Shown here one piece after another: positions 36,977 through 44,498 of a stretch of DNA of 64,000 nucleotides. The notes under the pieces are model-generated. The model ran no database searches. It was not told the DNA's origin and saw only the letters and a list, made by a program, of their open reading frames with translations. A program made the position numbers and the translations under genes. Numbering within the stretch: position 1 is the first letter of the stretch; the number at the start of each line of letters is the position of its first letter. Where the stretch lies: positions 160,854 to 224,853 of IMG/VR virus record IMGVR_UViG_3300020473_000013; one strand, 5' to 3'.

Positions 36977-37225
36977 GACCAATAGGAGGAGATAATATGT
37001 GCTTCTAACATTGGCAGGTATCTCCTAAAGATCATTGGTCGTTAGACCGCACCGAGTGCGAGCACCCTGCGAGGACAAAGCACCGTAGCTTTGATGCTGT
37101 CTAGTCACATGGATTCCAGCATCTAACTCGCAGGGCGCTCCCTTTCTCTCGGGTGATCTTGTGTCTTGGTCGTAGCAAGCTGTCACGCCCGGGAGCGACC
37201 TGCGGCCAAGATTGTGCAAAGGGAG
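36977..37225 (+). ncRNA. Multi-domain structured RNA (hairpin, three-way-junction copy 2, crossing helices)
   Basis: At least six complementary pairings within about 250 non-coding nt (see findings). Confidence 0.6.
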
Positions 37226-37234
37226 GATAGTCCT

Positions 37235-37708
37235 GTGAATAAAGCGTGCGACCTTTTCGCACTAGCCATTACTGCCTTCAAGGAAGGTAAGTACGACTCC
37301 GCAGCTAAATTCTTCTCCTCCGCGATGGGGTCTGATGACCTCGACTCGTTCGTGAATGACATCGCCCGCAACGTTCCACGTTCGGCGCTCACGGGCCTTG
37401 TACCTTCTTCTGAAAACACACTGTCGCCGTCTCTGGCTTCTGCTGACTCTGAGGACCTTTCCTACATTGTCGAGCGGATCGAAGCTGGATTCCGGGCCGA
37501 GTGCTCTCTCCTTGATGAGGGTGATGAAGAAGCCGAGGTTCGAGCGTCCGATGAGGACGAGGATGATGACCTTGACGAGGAGGACGACCTCGACGATGAA
37601 GACGACGATGACCTCGATGCTGAGGACACGGAGTTGGATGACGAGGAAGACCACAACTCTGGTAAGATGAAGCTCACGGCGTCGGCTGGTCCTGTGCGAT
37701 TCAAGTAA
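37235..37708 (+). CDS. Acidic hypothetical (head-associated?) protein
   Basis: GGGAGG RBS then GTG 37235; D/E tract; LASA, RAS and TASA motifs. Confidence 0.7.
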   Translation: MNKACDLFALAITAFKEGKYDSAAKFFSSAMGSDDLDSFVNDIARNVPRSALTGLVPSSENTLSPSLASADSEDLSYIVERIEAGFRAECSLLDEGDEEAEVRASDEDEDDDLDEEDDLDDEDDDDLDAEDTELDDEEDHNSGKMKLTASAGPVRFK

Positions 37709-37712
37709 AACG

Positions 37713-37746
37713 ATCCCCCTCAGGGCACTCCCTAGGGGGATTTTTT
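37713..37746 (+). terminator. Intrinsic terminator
   Basis: ATCCCCCT...AGGGGGAT followed by TTTTT. Confidence 0.8.
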
Positions 37747-37775
37747 GTATCCCTGCGATGTAAGGAGTACAGCTT

Positions 37776-38453
37776 ATGTCCGCGAAAGGAGAGGGTTTCG
37801 ATCTACTCGCCTCCATACGCAACGCGCAGACCCCACTGTTCCTGACGCTCACTGGCTTTCGGAAGTCCATGGCCAAGCATCTGGGGCTGACGATTCTGCC
37901 GTTCATCCTGCACGACAACCCAAAGGCTGTGATTCGACGCAGCCAGAACGCAGAATACCCGTACGGATACTTTCGTCTCAACTCGTTCGAGATCATGCGG
38001 GACCAGCAGGCGGTCAAGACTATTCGTCGGCACGGTTCGACCCGCTCGCTCGATGACATGACCAACGCGGCTATCAGCAAAGGCTACATGTTCCCGTGTA
38101 AGCTGATGGTGGAGCTCCACTTCATCCACAATGAGCCTAGAGAGGTGCTAGCGCTGATCGAGAAGGCTTCTATCCTTGGAGCAGTAGACGGGTTTTCATT
38201 CGAGGCCACTATGGAAGGCTCAACGCCGTGGACGGTAGGAGTCGCTATGGAGGAAGGTCCCGTCGAGATTCCGCAGGTGTCCCTTGAGGAGGAGTCTGAT
38301 GCTGCTGCATTCGACATCCAGTTCTCCTTCTCTATCACTTCTCGCGTCGGTGTCGTCAAGAGCGTGCCCAAGATCAACAACCAAGGCCACGTCACACGCA
38401 ACATCGGTGTGCCTGGCGCGGAGCCTGAGCCTTTTTCAGGAGGTGACCAATGA
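37776..38453 (+). CDS. Putative neck/tail-terminator structural protein
   Basis: Between the head and sheath genes; YPYGYF and beta-rich pattern. Confidence 0.55.
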   Translation: MSAKGEGFDLLASIRNAQTPLFLTLTGFRKSMAKHLGLTILPFILHDNPKAVIRRSQNAEYPYGYFRLNSFEIMRDQQAVKTIRRHGSTRSLDDMTNAAISKGYMFPCKLMVELHFIHNEPREVLALIEKASILGAVDGFSFEATMEGSTPWTVGVAMEEGPVEIPQVSLEEESDAAAFDIQFSFSITSRVGVVKSVPKINNQGHVTRNIGVPGAEPEPFSGGDQ

Positions 38454-39925
38454 GCAAGTTTCGATCCGCGAGCCGTACCGTAGTCACGGAGATCAAGTCC
38501 TTCGTCGTGGACACGGTCGCCCGTACTGGTGCCTTTCGACAGTCCGTTAGTGCTCGTATTACAGAGACCGATTCTCTGGATCGGCGCGACATCAACGTGT
38601 CTGAGGAATACCCCTTTATCATACCCAAGGACACCAACGCGGTGCTAGGCATCCTCAGTCCGGAGCCTGTACGCCTCGTACTTACGCAGACAGGTGAGTA
38701 CGATCTGGAGCCTGAGCCCGAGCCTGTGCCAGACCCTCCCGCGTTCGACGTGTCAAGCCAGATATATGCAGGCAGCACCTTGAACATCGGCCTCACTGAT
38801 TCGTCAGTCAAGTATCCTCGCAACCGTTTAACCATCACCGCGTTTAACATGCGTACTGGTGAGACGGAGGCGGTAGAGCTAAACCGGGACGACGAGGACG
38901 TTTTCCGTGGAACCCTGCAAATCGCTCTGGGTGAGGACGGTAACGACTTCGACGGTGTGATGTACGCCGAGTCTCAACATCAAATCCTTCTCCAGTACCA
39001 CGTAAATCCTGATGAGAACGAGCTTCTGGAGACGACGGTCAATGTCGATTCTCCTTACACCGATCCTGCTATCTCTAGTCTCCACCGCGTATTTCCTGGG
39101 AAGCCTATTCCTGTATACGTGGATGATCCGGACCTTGATGGAGCGCATTCTGTTAGCGTCAACGTGCTGAACCTGAACTTCGGTTCGTCTCGGACGATGG
39201 AGCTAAGCCCTGTGGAAGGGGAGACTGGCCTGTTCTACGGCCTTCTGCTTACCCGTTCCGAGGACGCTCCTGAGAACGACAGCGCTATCACCGTCCGTGT
39301 TGGTGACGAGGTTTCCCTGACCTTCCGTTCCCCGTACTACGATCAGGTCGACCTCGTTGAGGAGATCGTGCTGATCGAGGATTCTCGTGACATCGACGCG
39401 CAAATCTCGGTCGAGGCCGAAGTCATGCAGGGAGGTAGTTTCGACATCGCCCTGAACGACTACAACCTGAGCGGCGTTGGTACCACCGAGCTAGTAGTGT
39501 CCAACGTTCGCACTCGGGAGTACGTGCTGGTCAAGTGCCGTGAGCTGATCCCGCACGGCGGCGTGTTCAACGGCACGGTCAACACTACCCTAGGAACATC
39601 GGATGTCGCCAACGGGCTTCTCGGTGTAGAGGTCGGAGACGTGATCCGCACCACGTACATCGACAGTACGGCTGAAAGCATGCCGTCCATTCGTGTCGAA
39701 GGAGACACGCTAGTCACTTCCGGCCTCGCTCCCTCGCCTGCCGGCATTTCTCTCATGGTTGAGTCGGAGCAGGAGCCCGAGACGGAGCCCGAGACGGAGA
39801 CGAAAACTCAAACGGTAGAAATGATTGTCGATGGCCTGTTCTACCTGAACGGCGCTTTCAAGGGCACGGTGGAGGTTTACGGACTCTCCCCAGAAATGAC
39901 TCGCTGTTCGATCCTCCACAGTTGA
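38450..39925 (+). CDS. Virion structural protein with three internal beta-repeats
   Basis: Repeats of I.L.D......V...N...G....V.L.......F.G.L bounded by EPEPEP and EPETEPET linkers. Confidence 0.7.
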   Translation: MSKFRSASRTVVTEIKSFVVDTVARTGAFRQSVSARITETDSLDRRDINVSEEYPFIIPKDTNAVLGILSPEPVRLVLTQTGEYDLEPEPEPVPDPPAFDVSSQIYAGSTLNIGLTDSSVKYPRNRLTITAFNMRTGETEAVELNRDDEDVFRGTLQIALGEDGNDFDGVMYAESQHQILLQYHVNPDENELLETTVNVDSPYTDPAISSLHRVFPGKPIPVYVDDPDLDGAHSVSVNVLNLNFGSSRTMELSPVEGETGLFYGLLLTRSEDAPENDSAITVRVGDEVSLTFRSPYYDQVDLVEEIVLIEDSRDIDAQISVEAEVMQGGSFDIALNDYNLSGVGTTELVVSNVRTREYVLVKCRELIPHGGVFNGTVNTTLGTSDVANGLLGVEVGDVIRTTYIDSTAESMPSIRVEGDTLVTSGLAPSPAGISLMVESEQEPETEPETETKTQTVEMIVDGLFYLNGAFKGTVEVYGLSPEMTRCSILHS

Positions 39926-39976
39926 TAATTTAGCCCGTACAATGGTTTCTACGAACCAACGAAGGAGATTGTAGAT

Positions 39977-41566
39977 ATGCCTGTGAACAGTGGTTCCAGC
40001 ACGAGTGCTGGTGTTTACACGGGTGAGGTGAACAATAGCGTCCGCACTACAGCGGTCTCCACTTCGGTGGGCGCTATTGTGGGTCCCTCTCACCGTGGTC
40101 CCGTGGGAGTTCCGACTCTGGTCGTGGATGAAGAAGACTTCATTCGTCAGTTCGGCAACTCTGATCAAGCTCTGACCTACATGCACTACTGCGCTCGCGC
40201 TTTCCTCCAGGAGAGCAGCCGACTGTACGTCGTGCGTATCGCAGACAATGCCAAGTTCGGCGGTGTTCGCGTGTCCACCGTGGACAATTTCAGCGAGTGC
40301 AGCAACTTTGTCAACGGTTGGGAAGACCCTGACGAGTATGTGTTCGACACCTACGACATTCTGGCAGTGTTCGGACGCAATCCTGGAGACTGGAACAACG
40401 ACCTGCGCGTGCTCCTCCATCCGGACACCGACGATATGTCGGGCGAGGGCTTCGTGCTCAGCGTCTACGAGGGCACCAGCCAGATTCCGGTCGAGGTGTT
40501 CCGCGGTACCCTTCACGACAAGATCGACGGCTACGGGCGCCAGCTCGCTATCGAGACCCAAGTGGAGGAGGCCGACTACTCGCGCATTCAGGTCCGCGTC
40601 AATCACGACCACCCGGATCGCAAGTACAACGATGCCACTCCGCTGATCAACGCCGTGACCGTAGGCGAACTGACGCAAGGTAGCGTCGGTGATCCTATCA
40701 ATCAGTCTCACGTCATCGAAGGCTGGAACCTGTTCGAGGACAAGGAAGACGTTGCGGTCAATATCCTGATCAACGGCGGCTACTCTGATCCGAGCATCCA
40801 GCTCCGCATGATCGAGATTGCGGAGGAGCGCGATGACTGCTTTGCAATCCTGGACCTGCCGTCGGATAAGCAGCTCACGCAGGAAGCGGTGAACTACCGT
40901 CGCAACGTGCTGAACGCCAACACCAGCTACGCCGCTCTCTACGGCCCCGATCTTCTGGTGCGCGATACTCGCGAAGCTCGCGACCTGTACGTTCCCCCGT
41001 CCGGCCATATCGCAGGTGTGTATGCTCGCACCGACCGTGTGGCGGAAGCATGGTTCGCTCCTGCAGGCCTGAATCGCGGCCAGCTCAACGTCAACGGTGT
41101 CCGCGAGATTTACAAGCAGGGTCATCGTGACGTGTTCGCCGAGAACCAGATCAACCCTGTGCGCTTCATGAGCGGTCAGGGTATCGTAGTCTGGGGAGCG
41201 GAGACTCTGGAATCTCAGGCCAGCGCCCTGTCCAACATCAACGTTCGCCGTCTGCTGCTGGTCCTCAAGAACAGCATTTCCGACACAGCGCTCTCTGGTG
41301 TGTACGAACAGAACGACGAGTTCCTGCGCACCCAGCTCCGTGGCGTGGCGGAAGGGTTCCTCAACCCGATCATGCGTGGTCGCGGTCTGTACGGGTTCCA
41401 GGTCATCTGTGACGAGCGCAACAACACGCCGGATCGGATCGCCAATGGGGATGTTATCCTCGACGTTTACGTGGACCCGGTCATTCCGGCCAAGCGTATC
41501 CACCTCAATGCCATCATCCCGAAGACTGGTCAAATCCAGTTCGCTCAGGAAGAGATGGGGCTTTAA
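39977..41566 (+). CDS. Contractile tail sheath protein, copy 2
   Basis: SAGVYTGE, VPPSGHIAG, WFAPAGLNRG, INVRRL, FQVICDERNN. Confidence 0.93.
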   Translation: MPVNSGSSTSAGVYTGEVNNSVRTTAVSTSVGAIVGPSHRGPVGVPTLVVDEEDFIRQFGNSDQALTYMHYCARAFLQESSRLYVVRIADNAKFGGVRVSTVDNFSECSNFVNGWEDPDEYVFDTYDILAVFGRNPGDWNNDLRVLLHPDTDDMSGEGFVLSVYEGTSQIPVEVFRGTLHDKIDGYGRQLAIETQVEEADYSRIQVRVNHDHPDRKYNDATPLINAVTVGELTQGSVGDPINQSHVIEGWNLFEDKEDVAVNILINGGYSDPSIQLRMIEIAEERDDCFAILDLPSDKQLTQEAVNYRRNVLNANTSYAALYGPDLLVRDTREARDLYVPPSGHIAGVYARTDRVAEAWFAPAGLNRGQLNVNGVREIYKQGHRDVFAENQINPVRFMSGQGIVVWGAETLESQASALSNINVRRLLLVLKNSISDTALSGVYEQNDEFLRTQLRGVAEGFLNPIMRGRGLYGFQVICDERNNTPDRIANGDVILDVYVDPVIPAKRIHLNAIIPKTGQIQFAQEEMGL

Positions 41567-41583
41567 TCAAAGGAGCATAGACA

Positions 41584-42093
41584 ATGCCTAAGCCGAATAT
41601 CAATGACGTGTTGGACGTCGCTGATCCGATGCTGTCGGACAACTACGACCTTACGTTCGCAAGCGTACCGGGTGGTGGCGACAACCGTCAGCTCACCATT
41701 CAGTGTAAGACGGCCGTGAAGCCGGGTACCACTCTGACCGAGGTCGAAGTGGAGCTGTTCGGTCACAAGGTCATGCACGCCGCCAAGCGGGAGTGGAGCC
41801 ACGACATGTCCATCGAGTTCATCGAGGACAATCAGGGCACTATCACCCGGAACCTGGAGAACTGGGCCGAGGTTGCTCGTGCTCACGAAACCCAGCACGG
41901 TGCGTTCAAGGCCGACTACGCCGTCGATGCGATCTTCAAAATCTACGACCAGACTGGTGCGGTCGCGATGGAGTACAAGATCATCAACTGCTGGCCGAGC
42001 GAAGTGCCCGAGCTTTCCTTCGACGGCTCCGGCGGCACAGCCATCAGCCTCAGCGCCACGTTCAAGTTCGATTACGTAGAGCGCGTCAGGTGA
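41584..42093 (+). CDS. Tail tube protein (T4 gp19-like)
   Basis: Follows the sheath; YKIINCWPSEVPELSFD..ISLSATFKFDY. Confidence 0.85.
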   Translation: MPKPNINDVLDVADPMLSDNYDLTFASVPGGGDNRQLTIQCKTAVKPGTTLTEVEVELFGHKVMHAAKREWSHDMSIEFIEDNQGTITRNLENWAEVARAHETQHGAFKADYAVDAIFKIYDQTGAVAMEYKIINCWPSEVPELSFDGSGGTAISLSATFKFDYVERVR

Positions 42094-42179
42094 GGTAACA
42101 AGTAACACCGTGTGCTGTCTCGGGCTTAGGCTCGGGGCAGCCTTAGCTTTGTAGGGGAATGTAAATATAGGAGGGAAAC

Positions 42180-42737
42180 ATGCCCGACACAAGTATTGGT
42201 ATCCTGGAGAGTCGAAAGGATGCTAAGCTGGACCCACTCCTCGACTTCAAATGGGCTTGCACCTCGCTTCCTCTCGGGCACGATGTTTCCTATGTGGAAG
42301 AGGTCGAGCTTCCCTTCCCTCAACTCAGTCCTAAAGAGGGTCTGTTCGGCGCGGGTCAGTACACGTACTACCCGGCGTTTCAGGACATCAACGCCTTCGA
42401 CATCACCTTCTACGAGGACAGCAAGCTCAACACCACACGCTGGTTAAAGACGTGGTTCGAGCGCATCCGTCGGCCGAGCGATGGGGCATACTACCTGCCC
42501 ACGAACTACAAGTTCGACATCGACATCGCGCTTATGGATACCACAGGACAGGTTGTAGGAGAGGCCCGACTTATCAATGTTTGGCCTACTTCGCGAGGCA
42601 CCTGGCCTCTAGCATACTCCGGTAATGATCGACTGAAAGTCCAGCAAAACTTCTCGGTCGACAACATGGAATTCAAATTTAACAGCATCGGTACAGGAGT
42701 TCTAAGTGGAATCCTTCAAGCCCTCAACATTACCTAG
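42180..42737 (+). CDS. Second tube-like protein (tube paralog or gp54-like initiator)
   Basis: FDITFYED..TRWLKTW, LINVWPT..LAYS, QQNFSVD. Confidence 0.7.
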   Translation: MPDTSIGILESRKDAKLDPLLDFKWACTSLPLGHDVSYVEEVELPFPQLSPKEGLFGAGQYTYYPAFQDINAFDITFYEDSKLNTTRWLKTWFERIRRPSDGAYYLPTNYKFDIDIALMDTTGQVVGEARLINVWPTSRGTWPLAYSGNDRLKVQQNFSVDNMEFKFNSIGTGVLSGILQALNIT

Positions 42738-43494
42738 TCGCTGCATCCCGTACTCCTTCAATGAGATCGAGATGGAGCCGTTCCGCATCGCTCAGATCAT
42801 GCAGCTTTCTCGGGCTGTGGCTCTGGACTCTATCCAACCCGCGATCGAGGCAATGGATTCCGTCCTGAACGTGGACGTGAACGAGCTTACCGACGGGGAC
42901 TTCTATTATCTGTTGGCGTACCAGCGTCTCAACGCTTACTCCAACAGCCCTCTTCTGGCGCAGTGGGAATGCGGAGGTACCGTGTTCCAAGAGCAGGACG
43001 GCCTGAAGCGGACGTTTACGTCCGAGCAGCTCCGCGCTCTTGTCGATGAATACGACAACGCTTCCGAAGAGGATCGCGAACACCTCACAAATCCGGATGA
43101 TCTAACGGTAACCTCCATCCCGTGCAAGCACCAGAACCGCGTGGAGATCAAGCTGGATCATCTGACCACCGTCTTCCTCGAACAGGAGAAGCTGCCCGAC
43201 GGCCTCGACTTCCCGCGTATCAGCACGCTGGTGGACACCCAGGTCCGCAGCAAGGACCCTGCTGAGGAGCGCGTTGCTCACGCCGCACGCTGGATACAGC
43301 CGGGGAACACGCTGGAGGAGAAGATCGACATTCTCCACAACCAGCCCACGCTTGCCCTGTTCGAGAAGGCCCTTCAGGCTAACGCCACCGTCGTTCACGG
43401 TGTGTCCCAGATCATCGTACTGCCGTGCGAGCACTGTGGTCAGATGTCCGAGCATATCTTCAACATCAGTCCGAAGACCTTCTTCGACGTGTGA
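42706..43494 (+). CDS. Baseplate hub assembly protein (T4 gp26-like), copy 1
   Basis: LPSRCIPY, ELTDGDFYYLLAYQRLNAY, LDFPRI, C-terminal CEHC; AGGAG RBS before GTG. Confidence 0.65.
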   Translation: MESFKPSTLPSRCIPYSFNEIEMEPFRIAQIMQLSRAVALDSIQPAIEAMDSVLNVDVNELTDGDFYYLLAYQRLNAYSNSPLLAQWECGGTVFQEQDGLKRTFTSEQLRALVDEYDNASEEDREHLTNPDDLTVTSIPCKHQNRVEIKLDHLTTVFLEQEKLPDGLDFPRISTLVDTQVRSKDPAEERVAHAARWIQPGNTLEEKIDILHNQPTLALFEKALQANATVVHGVSQIIVLPCEHCGQMSEHIFNISPKTFFDV

Positions 43495-43506
43495 TGTGGA
43501 GGCCCT

Positions 43507-44496
43507 ATGCTCGATAAGTTTGGAGTACCCAAAGAGATATACAACGATTACCGGTATGTCGATGTTGGTGACCTTCCGACTGGATTCGGGCCATACGTAG
43601 GGCTGGGCGTAAAGAAAGTGTACGTCCGGCCTTTTTGCGTTAAGGAGCTCTCGCTTTTGCACATGGGCTCCAACCTGGGTTCGTCTGGTATCAGTCACAT
43701 TATCCGCGCCGTGGACATGGCCATCTCCTGCGATGTCAATATCCTGACGGACGGTGACTTCGAGTATATGATGGCGTGGTTGCGCTTGAACTCCTACCCG
43801 AAGGCTCCGTCGCTCGTACGGTGGACATGCCGCAAACTCAACGTGATCGAGTCCGAGGGTCGTGCGTTCTACACCAAGCCTGACGCTTGGTCCTTATCCG
43901 AACGCGAGATGGCATTGCGCGGGCTGGAGTATGAGGTATGCAACGCCTCCAACAACGAGATCGTCCACAACGTTAAGATGGACATCCTGACGTTCGATGA
44001 CGACGACCTCACCATGGAGTACGACGATCTGGACTTCCCGCGCGTCGATACTCTGGTGGAACTGAATGAGCTTATCCAATCGCGCCCTGAGTATGAGCAC
44101 CACGCTCGAATGGCTCGTTGGGTGAAAGAAGGTTCCACGCTACAGGAGAAGATGGACGCTCTGGACAGGGCGCCTGATCTTGACATGTACTTCCGCATTC
44201 AGGAGTGCATCAAGCGTTACCAGCACGGTGTCGTCGAGAAGATGAAGCTCCGCTGCCGTACATGCGGTAACACGGTGGACCATGACTCGGTCCCTAATCC
44301 GTTGACCTTCTTCGCAGATAACTCGGAGAAGGATATTCTGGATATACAGTACACCCTTCTCGCGGAGCTAAAGCTCCAACCGAATGATGACATGCCTGCC
44401 AAGACGCTGCTTTACCACCATTCTTGCCTTGCTAAGGACAAACAGGAAGAGGAGGAGCGCAACCGTCTTCGCAACGCTATGAGCAAAGGTAAGTAA
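43507..44496 (+). CDS. Baseplate hub assembly protein (gp26-like), copy 2
   Basis: LTDGDFEYMMAWLRLNSY, LDFPRV, CRTC; clear paralog of the previous gene. Confidence 0.65.
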   Translation: MLDKFGVPKEIYNDYRYVDVGDLPTGFGPYVGLGVKKVYVRPFCVKELSLLHMGSNLGSSGISHIIRAVDMAISCDVNILTDGDFEYMMAWLRLNSYPKAPSLVRWTCRKLNVIESEGRAFYTKPDAWSLSEREMALRGLEYEVCNASNNEIVHNVKMDILTFDDDDLTMEYDDLDFPRVDTLVELNELIQSRPEYEHHARMARWVKEGSTLQEKMDALDRAPDLDMYFRIQECIKRYQHGVVEKMKLRCRTCGNTVDHDSVPNPLTFFADNSEKDILDIQYTLLAELKLQPNDDMPAKTLLYHHSCLAKDKQEEEERNRLRNAMSKGK

Positions 44497-44498
44497 CC

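Noticed and set aside
35798-37234. Group I intron around the endonuclease (GTGACTA at 35883 and GATAGTCC near 37226 resemble P7 strands)
   Set aside because: The MCP reads intact to its stop, there is too little sequence before the R-like element for P3-P6, and no split exon is evident.
39710-41533. Long minus-strand ORFs (also 4877..6127, 32788..34041, 52409..53698, 24599..25621)
   Set aside because: These are antisense shadows of strongly codon-biased + strand genes, with no recognisable motifs.
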